Assembly: GCA_965220745.1 (NCBI GenBank)
Contig: CBDCQT010000011.1
Coordinates: 416,001-480,000, forward strand
Source of the DNA: Alphaproteobacteria bacterium
Lineage (GTDB): Bacteria > Pseudomonadota > Alphaproteobacteria > UBA828
Length of the DNA stretch: 64,000 nucleotides
Reading direction: 5' to 3'
Shown: positions 54,422 through 64,000 of the stretch, one piece after another
Numbering within the stretch: position 1 is the first letter of the stretch
How the letters are laid out: every line of letters starts with the position of its first letter
The notes under the pieces: model-generated
The model's database searches: none
The model's input: the letters and a program-made list of their open reading frames with translations, nothing else
What the model was told of the DNA's origin: nothing
Made by a program: the position numbers and the translations under genes

Positions 54422-55309
54422 GTGAGGTCGCTGGAGGATGCGCTCCGCGAGTCCGCGGAGGCGGTAGACGAAGCCCTCGAATCGCTGGTTCCCGCGCCTG
54501 ACGGTGCCGACGGGCGGCTCTTCGAGGCGATGCGCTACTCCCTCTTCGCCGGCGGAAAGCGGCTCAGGCCCTTCCTGGTGCTGTCCGGCGCCGACCTCTT
54601 CAAGGTGCCGCGCGCCTGGTCCGTCAACACCGCCGCGGCAATCGAGATGGTGCACACCTACTCGCTGGTCCACGACGACCTGCCGGCGATGGACGACGAC
54701 GACCTGCGCCGCGGCAAACCGACCTGCCATATCGCCTTCGACGAGGCGACGGCGATCCTGGTGGGCGATTCCCTGCTCACCCTCGCCTTCGAGGCAGTGA
54801 CGACGCCGGCCGGGCATCCCGACGCTGCCGTGCGTGCGGAGATCGCCTGCGCATTGGCGCAGGCGGCCGGCGCGGACGGCATGGCCGGCGGCCAGGCCAT
54901 CGACCTCGCGGCGGAAAGCCGGGATCTCACCCTCGACGAAGTGGTCCGGCTGCAGCGACTCAAGACCGGCGCGCTGTTCGGATTCTCTTGTGAGGCCGGC
55001 GCCATTCTCGCGGGCGAGGACGGGGCGGCCCGCAGGGCGCTCCGCGACTATGCCGCCTGCATCGGGCTCGCGTTCCAGATCGCCGACGACCTGCTCGACC
55101 ACGAGGGCACGGAGGCCGCCCTCGGCAAGGCTGTCGGCAAGGACGCCGCCGCCGGCAAGGCGACCTTCGTCGGTCTGCTCGGTGCGGAGGAGGCGCGACA
55201 GCGGGCCGAGGCGCTGGTGGACGATGCCATCGCGGCGCTCAGCGCTTTCGACGAGAAGGCAGCCCCACTCCGCGCCGTCGCCCGCTATATCGTGGAGCGG
55301 CGCCACTGA
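54422..55309 (+). CDS. ispA: Farnesyl diphosphate synthase
   Basis: GGKRLRP, HDDLPAMDDDDLRRGKPT, GGQAID, FQIADD. Confidence 0.95.
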   Translation: MRSLEDALRESAEAVDEALESLVPAPDGADGRLFEAMRYSLFAGGKRLRPFLVLSGADLFKVPRAWSVNTAAAIEMVHTYSLVHDDLPAMDDDDLRRGKPTCHIAFDEATAILVGDSLLTLAFEAVTTPAGHPDAAVRAEIACALAQAAGADGMAGGQAIDLAAESRDLTLDEVVRLQRLKTGALFGFSCEAGAILAGEDGAARRALRDYAACIGLAFQIADDLLDHEGTEAALGKAVGKDAAAGKATFVGLLGAEEARQRAEALVDDAIAALSAFDEKAAPLRAVARYIVERRH

Positions 55310-56058
55310 GCCGCGGGGCGCGGGGCAAGGAGCGGCTCGACACCCTGCTGGTCGCCCGCGGCCTTGCCGAGACCAGGGCCAAGGCGCAGGCACTGCTGCT
55401 GGCGGGACGGGTGTACGCCGGCGAGCGCCGGCTCGAGAAGGCCGGCATGCAGGTCGACCGCGAACTTGCGCTTTCGGTCAGGGGCGCGGACCACCCCTGG
55501 GTCTCGCGCGGCGGCATCAAGCTGGATCACGCGCTCACGCACTTCGGGATCGACCCGAGCGGGCTCACCGCGCTGGATATCGGTGCCTCCACCGGGGGCT
55601 TCACCGATGTGCTGTGCCAGCGGGGAGCGCGGCGGGTCTACGCGGTCGATGTCGGCTACGGCCAGCTTGACGCACGCCTGCGGGGCGATGCCCGCGTCAC
55701 AGTGCTGGAGCGGACCAACGCGCGCTACCTCTCGCGGGAGCAGGTGCCTGAGCCGGTCAACCTCATCGTCTGCGATGCGAGCTTCATCGGCCTGCGCACG
55801 ATCCTGACGGCCCCGCTCGCGCTCGCGGCGGCCGGCGCGCGCCTCGTCGCCCTGATCAAGCCGCAGTTCGAGGCCGGGCGCGGCCGCGTGGGCAAGGGCG
55901 GCATCGTCCGCGATCCCGCGGTTCACGCGGAAGTCTGCAAAACGATCCGTGACTGGCTCACCGCAGAGGGTTGGCCGGTGATCGGCCTCACGGAAAGCCC
56001 AATCAAGGGCCGCGACGGCAACGCTGAGTTCCTGATCGCGGCGCGGCGCGAGTCGTAA
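55306..56058 (+). CDS. tlyA: TlyA-family rRNA 2'-O-methyltransferase; apparent CTG start
   Basis: In-frame S4-domain motif KERLDTLLVARGL lies upstream of the ORF-track GTG at 55411; VSRGGIKL, DIGASTGGFT, IKPQFE, GN.EFL. Confidence 0.93.
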   Translation: MSRGARGKERLDTLLVARGLAETRAKAQALLLAGRVYAGERRLEKAGMQVDRELALSVRGADHPWVSRGGIKLDHALTHFGIDPSGLTALDIGASTGGFTDVLCQRGARRVYAVDVGYGQLDARLRGDARVTVLERTNARYLSREQVPEPVNLIVCDASFIGLRTILTAPLALAAAGARLVALIKPQFEAGRGRVGKGGIVRDPAVHAEVCKTIRDWLTAEGWPVIGLTESPIKGRDGNAEFLIAARRES

Positions 56059-56068
56059 GGGGTTTCAA

Positions 56069-58165
56069 TCAGTCGAGGGGAAGCAATTCGACGATCTCGC
56101 GCTCGAAGGGAACGTCGTCGTTGCGTACCGCCGGGCCGTCCAATTCCTCCGCATAGCGGCGGCCGGCATAGACCGCGTGGGCGATGGTCGCCGGGGCGAG
56201 CGCGTCGCCGATGGTGGTGACCGTCTCGATGCCTGCGTCCTTCCAGTCGTCGGCGCGCGCCGCAAGCTCCTTGGCGAGCCGGTCCTCCGGTTCGCGCGAG
56301 GTGACCAGCACCACCGCGTCCGCCTCGATCTCCTCCGTGCGTCCGGTGAAGACGCAGGAGGTGGTCACCGAACCCTCCGAGACGGCGTCGAGGTTGGTGA
56401 AGCTGCGGATTGTCACGCCTTTCTCCAGGAGCCGTGCCTGGATGAAGTGCTGCTCCATGGTGTTCTGGGTCCATGTCGAGGCTTCGGAGGCCGGCGTCAG
56501 GTAGTGAGTCTCGCAGCCGTGGTCGGCGAGCAGTTCGGCGATCACGCCGCCCATGTAGAAGTGGTCGTCATCCCAGACCACGACCCGCGTCCCTTCCGAC
56601 GGCATGGTGCCATCCATGATGTCGTCGGCAGTCAGCACCCGTGCGTCTGCGGCGATCGGCATGGGCCGCGCCCAGCTTCGGCCGATGCCGTCCGCCCGCC
56701 AGCGCGCGCCGGTGGCGACCACGACACGGGGCACGCCGAATTCCAGCACGGAGGCGGCGTCGAGGTCGGAATCGAAGTAGACCGCCACGTTAGGCAGCTG
56801 ATGAAGCTGCTGCTCGCGGTAGTCGCGGACCCGGCCCCAGGCGGCGAGTCCCGGCAGGCGGCATTCACGCGCGACGCGGCCGCCGAGCGCCGTGGCCCTC
56901 TCCGCCAGCGTCACCTCGTAGCCCCGCTTGCCGAGCGCCTGCGCCGCCTCAAGGCCTGCCGGTCCCGCGCCCACGATCAGGACGGGTTTGTCCGACTCCC
57001 GCGCCCGGATGCGCTCCGGGTGCCAGCCCTTGCGCCACTCCTCGCCCATCGTCGGGTTCTGGGTGCAGCGGATTGGCGACATGGTGAAATCGCCCGAGAC
57101 GCAGATGTTGCAGCCGATACACTCGCGAATGTCGTCGAGGCGCCCTTCCTCGATCTTCCTGGGCAGGAAGGGGTCGGCGATGGAGGGCCGGGCGCAGCCG
57201 ATGAAGTCGGCGATGCCCTTGTTGACGACCGAGACCATACGGTCCGGCGAGGTGTAGCGCCCGACGACGACGACCGGCTTCGTGGTGAGCGTCTTCACGC
57301 CCTGGACGAAGGGCTCCTGCCCGCCTTCGGCGCCGAACCGCGATGTGCGGGAATCGTTGGGCCAGGCCGCCAGCGACAGGTCCCAGAGGTCCGGCAGCTC
57401 GGCGACGAGTCCGATCAGCTCCTCCACCTCCGCCTGCTCCAGGCCGTCCGCGCCGAGAAGCTCGTCGAGGGCGATCCGGCACGGCACCGCGCAGGTGTCG
57501 CCGACGGCTTCCCGCGTATCGGTCAGCAGCTCCTCCAGCAGTCGCACGCGGTTGCGCGCAGACCCGCCGTACTCGTCGCTCCGCCGGTTGTGATGGCGGG
57601 AGAGGAAGTGGTGCAGGACGGTGAGCGCGTGGCCGGCATAGACGTAGATGAGGTCGAACCCGGCCTCACGCGCCCGAAGCGCCGCCGCCCGGTGCCAGCG
57701 GCGGAGGTCGCGGATGTCCTGCTTGTCCATGGCACGGGCCTGTAGCGGCTCGTAGCCGGCAGTCGTGACCGGTATTGCGGAGGCCGCCAGCGGCACCTCG
57801 CGCGCATAGTGGTTGGCGGCGTGCGGGCCGTTGTGAGCAAGCTCGATCCCTGCCAGCGCGCCGAACTCGTGGATGCGGTCCGCGGTCCGCGCCAGTATCG
57901 GGATGTCGCGGTCGTCCCAGAGCCGAAGCTCGATGAAGGGAGCGACGTCCGACGTGGGGTGGATCTCCACCTCCTCGGTGCAGACCACGGCCCAGCCACC
58001 CTCCGCCTTGACCCCGCGCATCCAGGCGAGCGCGGTGGGGTCGCGGTGGCCCATGCCGTTACAGTGCGGCACCTGGAAGAAGCGGTTCTTCGCGGTCACC
58101 GGGCCGATCACGACCGGCTCGAAGAGCACGTCGAAACGGGGGTCGCGCTGCGCGCTGCTGGTCAT
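56069..58165 (-). CDS. Histamine/trimethylamine dehydrogenase family flavo-iron-sulfur protein
   Basis: QVPHCNGMG (covalent FMN Cys), 4Fe-4S motif CIGCNIC...CTQNP, ADP-binding GAGPAG; closely resembles my recollection of actinobacterial histamine dehydrogenase. Confidence 0.88.
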   Translation of the reverse strand: MTSSAQRDPRFDVLFEPVVIGPVTAKNRFFQVPHCNGMGHRDPTALAWMRGVKAEGGWAVVCTEEVEIHPTSDVAPFIELRLWDDRDIPILARTADRIHEFGALAGIELAHNGPHAANHYAREVPLAASAIPVTTAGYEPLQARAMDKQDIRDLRRWHRAAALRAREAGFDLIYVYAGHALTVLHHFLSRHHNRRSDEYGGSARNRVRLLEELLTDTREAVGDTCAVPCRIALDELLGADGLEQAEVEELIGLVAELPDLWDLSLAAWPNDSRTSRFGAEGGQEPFVQGVKTLTTKPVVVVGRYTSPDRMVSVVNKGIADFIGCARPSIADPFLPRKIEEGRLDDIRECIGCNICVSGDFTMSPIRCTQNPTMGEEWRKGWHPERIRARESDKPVLIVGAGPAGLEAAQALGKRGYEVTLAERATALGGRVARECRLPGLAAWGRVRDYREQQLHQLPNVAVYFDSDLDAASVLEFGVPRVVVATGARWRADGIGRSWARPMPIAADARVLTADDIMDGTMPSEGTRVVVWDDDHFYMGGVIAELLADHGCETHYLTPASEASTWTQNTMEQHFIQARLLEKGVTIRSFTNLDAVSEGSVTTSCVFTGRTEEIEADAVVLVTSREPEDRLAKELAARADDWKDAGIETVTTIGDALAPATIAHAVYAGRRYAEELDGPAVRNDDVPFEREIVELLPLD

Positions 58166-58250
58166 GCCGATCCTCCGTCAGTCGTCGGGGCGCAGCTTAC
58201 GCGATCGCGGCTCGTGCCGCGCTGACCATTACCCGCGTGAGGACGACCGG

Positions 58251-61200
58251 TTACCCGCCGGCCTCGGCCAGCAGCGACGCGTTGCCGCCGGCCGCCGTGG
58301 TGTCGACACAGAGGTGGCGCTCCAGCACGTAGCGCTCGGGCGCGGCGGGCTCTGCGATCAACGGCAGGATCGGACCGGGGCGGCGAGCGAGCGCGGTGCG
58401 CATCGCGGCGAGCACGTCGCGATCCGCGCAGCAGGCAACGGCGGCGAAGCCCGATGGGGTGGTGAGTGCGTCCGGCCCGACTTGACCGTCGAGCACGACC
58501 ACGCACGGATCGGTTGCGTGAGCGGTAAGAGCCGCACTCGCGCCGTCGGCAACCGCCACCACGGCATTCCCCGCCGTGCGGGCCGCGGCGACTTGCTTCC
58601 GCACCGCATCGGCGCCGGGGCCGAGGCAGAGCACCACGCCGCGCGGCGCGAACGAGAGCCGGTTGGACTCGCCCGTCGGGCCGGGGAGGTCCAGCGGTGC
58701 GAAGCGGCCGCCGTTGCCGCGATACGCTCTGGCCGCGAGCGCACGCCCGGCGTCGTTGATGGCGGCGGCGAGCAATGCCTCGTTGATTGCCGCACCCGAG
58801 GGCCGGCCTCCGGCCGGGGCGGCGCCGGCCGCGAGGCGCTGCACGTAATGCGGCCCGCCGGCCTTCGGCCCGGTGCCGCTCAAGCCCTCGCCGCCGAACG
58901 GCTGCGAGCCCACCACCGCGCCGATCTGGTTGCGGTTGACGTAGATGTTGCCGGCGCGCACGCGATCGACGATGTGCTGAACGCGATCATCGATGCGCGT
59001 GTGCAGGCCGAAGGTGAGGCCGTAGCCGGCCTTATTGACGGCTTTGACGACGGCGTCGATCTCGTCGGCGCCGAAGGTTGCGACGTGCAGCACCGGGCCG
59101 AAGATTTCCTCTTCGAGCGCTTCGATCCCTTCGACGCGCAGCACCGTCGGCGGTACGAAGCGGCCCCGGCCCGGCGCCGCAAGGCGCTTGAGCACGCGCC
59201 CCTCCTGCGCGGCGCGCGCGCAGTGTACCTCGATCCGATCCCGCGCTTCCTTGTCGATTACAGGACCGATGTCCGTTTCCAGCGCCCACGGGTCGCCGAC
59301 GCAAAGCGCGTCCATGGCGCCGAACAGCATCTCCAGAATCCGCTCCTCGACCTCGCGTTGAATGTAGAGGATGCGCAGCGCCGAGCAGCGCTGGCCGGCG
59401 CTCTGGAAGGCGGAGGCGACGATATCGCGTGCCGCCTGCTCGGGCAGCGCGGTGGAATCGACGATCATTGCGTTGAGCCCGCCGGTCTCCGCAATGAGCG
59501 GCGCGTCGGGCGCGAGGTGCCGCGCCATCGCGTGGTCGATGAGTCGGGCGGTCTCGGTCGAGCCGGTGAAGCAAACGCCGTCGATGCGGGGATCGGCACA
59601 GAGTGCTGCCCCCACCGAGGCGCCGTCGCCGGGGAGAAGCTGGAGCGCGGCGCGCGGGATGCCGGCCTCGTGCATCAGCGTGACCGCGCGCGCCGCGATC
59701 AACGGGGTCTGCTCCGCCGGCTTGGCGATGACCGCGTTGCCGGCGGCAAGCGCCCCGAGTATCTGGCCCGAGAAGATCGCGAGCGGGAAGTTCCAGGGCG
59801 AGATGCAGGCGACCACGCCGCGGGGAGTGCATCGGCGCTCGCGGTGCAAGCTCAGAGCCTCGCCCGCGTAGAAGCGCGCAAAATCGCAGGCCTCGCGCAC
59901 CTCCGCCACGCAGTCGGGCAAGCTCTTGCCCGCTTCGCGTGCCGCGAGGGCGAAGAGCTCAGGCGCGTGCTCTTCGTAGAGCTCGGCCACGCGGCACAGC
60001 CGACGCGCCCGTTCGTCAACGCTTGTCTCTGCCCAAGCCGCCGCCCCGTCTCGGGTCGCCTCCAGGGCTGTCTCGATGTCGGCCGGTGCGGCTTCCGTCA
60101 CGGAACCCACGATCTCTGCCGGTCGCGCCGGGTTCCTCACTGCCGCACGCCCTGCGCCAACGGCGTCGCCGGCGATCATCGGCCCGGCTTCCCAAACCTC
60201 GGTACGGAAGGGCTGGCGCGCAGCCTCGATCGCATCGACGGCGAGGGGATCGCTGAGGTCCCACCCCTTCGCATTGCGGCGGGCTGGCAAGAAGAGGTCG
60301 GGGGGCGCCGCGATGGCCGGGTTCGCGACCGCGACTCCGCATTCTTCCACTGCCGCGACGGGATCGCGCGCGATCTCCTCTGCCGTCACGCACTCGTCCA
60401 CGATCTGGTTCACGAAGGAGCTGTTGGCGCCGTTCTCCAACAGGCGGCGGACGAGATAGGCGAGCAGATCGTGGTGCGCGCCCACCGGCGCGTAGATGCG
60501 GCAGCGGAGCCCGTGGGCCTCCCGCACTGCCGCGTGAAGGGCCTCGCCCATGCCGTGCAAACGCTGGAACTCGAAGTCCGTTCCACCGCCCGCCATGTGC
60601 AGCACCGCCGCAACCGTGTGCGCGTTGTGGGTTGCGAACTGCGGATAGAGGCGGTCCGTCATCCCGAGCAGTCGGCGAGCGCACGCGAGGTAGGCGACAT
60701 CGGTGCTCGCCTTGCGGGTGAACACCGGGAAACCGGCGAGGCCCTGCACCTGGGCGCGCTTGATCTCGGTATCCCAGTAAGCGCCCTTGACCAGCCGCAC
60801 CATCATGCGGCGCCGGTGCGCGCCGGCGAGCGCGTACACCCAGTCGATCACGTGCGCGGCCCGCTTGCCGTAAGCCTGCACCACCACGCCGAAGCCGTCC
60901 CAGCCGGCCAGCGCGGGGTCAACCAGCACTGCCTCGATGACATCGAGGGAGAGGTCGAGGCGGTCTGCCTCCTCCGCATCCACGTTGAGGCCGATGCCGG
61001 CCGACTTGGCGAGCAGCGTGAGCGCGCGTATCCGCGCGACAAGCTCGGTCATCACGCGGGCGCGCTGGGCGAACTCGTAGCGCGGATGCAGCGCCGAGAG
61101 CTTGACCGAGATCCCCGGCCGCTCCCGGATGGGTGCGCCTCGGCCGACATCCGCAAGCGCGGTGATGGAATCGGAATAGGCGAGGTGGTAGCGACGCGCG

Positions 61201-61841
61201 TCGGCCTCGGTGCGGGCCGCTTCGCCCAGCATGTCGTATGAGAAGCCGTAGCCTTGCGCCTCCAGCTCGGCGGCGCGGGCCATGGCCTCGCCCATGTCGC
61301 GCCCGAGCACGAATTGGTGCCCGAGCTCGCGCATCGCCTGGGCGACCGCCGCGCGGATGACCGGCTCGCCGAGGCGCCTCACCGCTCCGTGCAACGCGCC
61401 GGCGAGGCCCTCTTCGGCATCGCCCAGCACTTTGCCGGTGAGCAGCAGCGCCCAAGTGGAGGCGTTGACCAGCGGCGAGCTCGACTGCCCCAGATGCGCC
61501 GCCCAGTCAGACGCCGCGATCTTGTCCTCGATCAGCGCGTCGATGGTCTCGGTGTCGGGCACGCGCAGCAGCGCCTCGGCGAGGCACATGAGCGCCACGC
61601 CCTCGCGGGACGAGAGCCCGTACTCGGCGAGGAAGCCCTGCATGATCGAGGCGCTGCCGCCCGCCCGGACGGTGCGGACCAGATCGGCCGCACACGCGGA
61701 AATGGCATCGCGGTCCGCCCGCGTGAGCGCCGCGGCCTCCACCATGCGGCGCACCGCCGGGACCTCGTCTTCGAGAGTGGCGGCGCGCATCGCCGCCCGA
61801 ACGTCGGAGAGGCGCTGTGACTGCCGGCTGGGCCGGCTCAC
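58251..61841 (-). CDS. putA: Bifunctional proline dehydrogenase / P5C dehydrogenase
   Basis: GTGA overlap with the permease stop; LMCLAEALLR, SYDMLGE, RLVKGAY, RRLLENGAN, ETGG, SAGQRCSA. Confidence 0.97.
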   Translation of the reverse strand: MSRPSRQSQRLSDVRAAMRAATLEDEVPAVRRMVEAAALTRADRDAISACAADLVRTVRAGGSASIMQGFLAEYGLSSREGVALMCLAEALLRVPDTETIDALIEDKIAASDWAAHLGQSSSPLVNASTWALLLTGKVLGDAEEGLAGALHGAVRRLGEPVIRAAVAQAMRELGHQFVLGRDMGEAMARAAELEAQGYGFSYDMLGEAARTEADARRYHLAYSDSITALADVGRGAPIRERPGISVKLSALHPRYEFAQRARVMTELVARIRALTLLAKSAGIGLNVDAEEADRLDLSLDVIEAVLVDPALAGWDGFGVVVQAYGKRAAHVIDWVYALAGAHRRRMMVRLVKGAYWDTEIKRAQVQGLAGFPVFTRKASTDVAYLACARRLLGMTDRLYPQFATHNAHTVAAVLHMAGGGTDFEFQRLHGMGEALHAAVREAHGLRCRIYAPVGAHHDLLAYLVRRLLENGANSSFVNQIVDECVTAEEIARDPVAAVEECGVAVANPAIAAPPDLFLPARRNAKGWDLSDPLAVDAIEAARQPFRTEVWEAGPMIAGDAVGAGRAAVRNPARPAEIVGSVTEAAPADIETALEATRDGAAAWAETSVDERARRLCRVAELYEEHAPELFALAAREAGKSLPDCVAEVREACDFARFYAGEALSLHRERRCTPRGVVACISPWNFPLAIFSGQILGALAAGNAVIAKPAEQTPLIAARAVTLMHEAGIPRAALQLLPGDGASVGAALCADPRIDGVCFTGSTETARLIDHAMARHLAPDAPLIAETGGLNAMIVDSTALPEQAARDIVASAFQSAGQRCSALRILYIQREVEERILEMLFGAMDALCVGDPWALETDIGPVIDKEARDRIEVHCARAAQEGRVLKRLAAPGRGRFVPPTVLRVEGIEALEEEIFGPVLHVATFGADEIDAVVKAVNKAGYGLTFGLHTRIDDRVQHIVDRVRAGNIYVNRNQIGAVVGSQPFGGEGLSGTGPKAGGPHYVQRLAAGAAPAGGRPSGAAINEALLAAAINDAGRALAARAYRGNGGRFAPLDLPGPTGESNRLSFAPRGVVLCLGPGADAVRKQVAAARTAGNAVVAVADGASAALTAHATDPCVVVLDGQVGPDALTTPSGFAAVACCADRDVLAAMRTALARRPGPILPLIAEPAAPERYVLERHLCVDTTAAGGNASLLAEAGG

Positions 61842-62779
61842 CGCCGTTGGCCGCCTGCGCTGATCCCGATGGCGGCGAGAATGACCAGCCCGGTGGTGAG
61901 GTCGCGGTAGAAGGGATCGGCGTTCAGGATGTTGAAGCCGTTGCTGATGAGCGCCAGCAGAAAGACGCCGCCGAGGCTGCGCCACACTGCGCCGGCCCCG
62001 CCGTAGATGCTGGTGCCGCCCAGGATTACGGCGGCGATGGCCTGCAGCTCCATGCCCTGCCCGGCCGCCGCCTGTCCCAGCGCCACGCGGGACGTTGCGA
62101 TGATCGAGGCGAGCCCCGCTGCAAACCCCGCAATGGCGAAGGTGGCGGTCTTCACGCGGTCCGTGCGGATGCCGGAGAGCACCGCCGCCTCCTCGTTGCC
62201 GCCGACGGCGAAGACCCGCCGCCCGAAGGCGGTCCGCGTCAGCGCGAAGGTCAGGATTATGGCGAAGACCGCCATGATCCAGACGGCGATGAAGACGCCG
62301 CCCGCCTTGTCGCGCCCGAGCCAGGTGAATGTGTCCAGGCGGACGGAGATCAGCCGTCCGTCGGAGATGACGATGGCGACACCCTTGAAGATCAGGCTCG
62401 TGGCGATGGTGGCGAGGAAGGAATGCACCCTGAGCGCATTGATCACCACGCCGTTCATGGTGCCGAGGATGAGGCCGATGAAGGGCGCCAGGAAGAGGCC
62501 GAGATAGGGGTCCACATGGAGCGCGATCCAGGCCGACATGACCGAGCCCATTGAGAAGATCGCCGCCACCGAGAGGTCGAACCCGCCCGCGATGATCACC
62601 AGCGTCATCGCGGAGGCCATGATCGCGAGCGGCGCGTTCTGGTTGAGGATGTTCAGCAGGTTGCGGGGCGTCAGGAAGTTCTCCGACAGCATGCTGAGCG
62701 CGATGACCAAGAACACGATCATGATCAGGACCGCGTAGGTCTGCAGGAAGCGGCCGACATGGAAGCTGCCGATCATCAC
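61838..62779 (-). CDS. CUT2 (ribose-type) ABC transporter permease
   Basis: GGFDLSV, FGRRVFAVGGNEEAA.LSGI, ELQAIAAVILGGTS. Confidence 0.93.
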   Translation of the reverse strand: MMIGSFHVGRFLQTYAVLIMIVFLVIALSMLSENFLTPRNLLNILNQNAPLAIMASAMTLVIIAGGFDLSVAAIFSMGSVMSAWIALHVDPYLGLFLAPFIGLILGTMNGVVINALRVHSFLATIATSLIFKGVAIVISDGRLISVRLDTFTWLGRDKAGGVFIAVWIMAVFAIILTFALTRTAFGRRVFAVGGNEEAAVLSGIRTDRVKTATFAIAGFAAGLASIIATSRVALGQAAAGQGMELQAIAAVILGGTSIYGGAGAVWRSLGGVFLLALISNGFNILNADPFYRDLTTGLVILAAIGISAGGQRR

Positions 62780-64000
62780 GCGGCCCCGCGCCGTTGGCTC
62801 TGGTGCTGGAAGAGCAGCGCGAGAAGGTCCGCTTCGCTGGACTCTTCGGGGATCACCTCCTCGACGATGCGGCCGCCATCGGCCAGATAGGCGCGATGGG
62901 CGAGGCCCAGAACCTCCTCGATTTCGCTGGAGATGAGCAGGACGGCGGTCCCGCCCGCCGCGAGCTCCGCGATCGCGAAATGAATCCGCTCACGGGCGCC
63001 CACGTCCACGCCGCGGCTCGGCTCGTCGAGAATCACGATGTCGGGATTCTCCATGAGCCACTTGCCGATCAGGACCTTCTGCTGATTGCCGCCGGAGAAG
63101 GTCGCGACGTTGCCGTTGGGGTCCGCCGGGCGCACGCGAAAGTGCTCGATCAGGCTCATTGCGCGCGAGCGTTCGGCGCGGCGTCGCATGACCCCAAGGT
63201 GCGCGAAGCGGCGGAGGTGAGGCAAGGTCATGTTGGGGGAAACGCGCATGGTCAGGATAAGGCCCTGCTTGCGGCGGTCCTCCGGCGACATCACCATGCC
63301 CAGCCCGGCAGAGCGTCTGATCGAGCGTTTGCGGTAGCTCTGGCCGCGGAGCCGGACCTCGCCGCCCGTTGCCGGGTCCGCGCCGACGATGGCACGGGCG
63401 ATCTCGCTTCTGCCGCTGCCCACGAGGCCCGTGAGGCCCACGATTTCCCCGCGCCCCACCCAGAGGCTCGCACCGTTGGCCCCCTGCTCGCTTTCGAGGT
63501 GCTCGACTTCCAGCACGGGCTCGGGATTCTCCGGGCGGACCTTCGGCGGAAACGGAGTCTCGCTCTTGCCGCCGCCCAGCATCGCCGCCACCAGGCTCGA
63601 CCGGGTCTCGCCTGCGGCTGACGCCGTCTTCACGTGCTTGCCGTCGCGGAGCACGGTGATTCGGTCGGAGACTTCGAGGATGTCGTGGAGAAAATGCGAG
63701 ACGTAGATGATCGAGCGTCCTTCGTCCCTGAGCGCCCGCATCGCCGAGTGAAGCTGTGTCACTTCGTCCCGCGAGAGAGAGGACGTGGGCTCGTCCATCA
63801 CGATGATCCGCGCCTCGCGCGCGAGCGCTCGGAGGATTTCGATCTTCTGCTGGTCTGCGATCGGGAGCCGGGACACGATGGCGTTGGGGTCGAGCTGAAA
63901 GCCGCTCGCTTCCATCAGGGCGGAGAGGCGCTCCGCCTCGGTCCGGCGCAGCACGCCCCAGCGCTGGTCCTCCAGGCCGAGGAAGACGTTCTCCGCCACG
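62776..64000 (-). CDS. CUT2 ABC transporter ATP-binding protein with two NBDs, 5'-truncated by the window edge
   Basis: MDEPTSSL, YVSH, GLVGSGRSE, SGGNQQK, LDEPSRGVDVGA. Confidence 0.93.
   Translation of the reverse strand, partial: VAENVFLGLEDQRWGVLRRTEAERLSALMEASGFQLDPNAIVSRLPIADQQKIEILRALAREARIIVMDEPTSSLSRDEVTQLHSAMRALRDEGRSIIYVSHFLHDILEVSDRITVLRDGKHVKTASAAGETRSSLVAAMLGGGKSETPFPPKVRPENPEPVLEVEHLESEQGANGASLWVGRGEIVGLTGLVGSGRSEIARAIVGADPATGGEVRLRGQSYRKRSIRRSAGLGMVMSPEDRRKQGLILTMRVSPNMTLPHLRRFAHLGVMRRRAERSRAMSLIEHFRVRPADPNGNVATFSGGNQQKVLIGKWLMENPDIVILDEPSRGVDVGARERIHFAIAELAAGGTAVLLISSEIEEVLGLAHRAYLADGGRIVEEVIPEESSEADLLALLFQHQSQRRGAA

Overview
GC-rich alphaproteobacterial chromosome segment (Rhodospirillales-like by gene content; this is inference from mucR, glcDEF, boxBC and the yceD-rpmF-plsX-fabH-ihfA-merR cluster). 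It holds about 63 protein genes. Housekeeping blocks are bamE to merR, rpsM-rpsK-rpoA-rplQ, miaB-phoH-ybeY-corC-lnt and xseB-ispA-tlyA. Catabolic and accessory genes include glycolate oxidase, boxBC with paaK, a SorT-like sulfite dehydrogenase, gcdH-otnKC, tandem amidases, a histamine-dehydrogenase-like flavoprotein with putA and a CUT2 ABC transporter, a secreted SH3-MORN protein and a DinJ-YafQ toxin-antitoxin pair. I saw no rRNA, tRNA, CRISPR array or transposase. Best leads: (1) an unannotated ~95-nt sRNA candidate with anti-Shine-Dalgarno motifs, its own terminator and an upstream 11-bp-period direct repeat (47895-48028); (2) an ABC transporter-putA-amine dehydrogenase operon suggesting an undescribed amine catabolic route; (3) clean absence of dxs from xseB-ispA-tlyA, leaving tlyA with an apparent CTG start, plus cdsA separated from dxr, which hints at MEP-pathway loss; (4) a 150-nt multi-hairpin CIR/RIME-like element; (5) a secreted Cys-rich/SH3/MORN protein; (6) boxBC without boxA, next to paaK. 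All functional calls come from motif recognition by eye; no searches were run.
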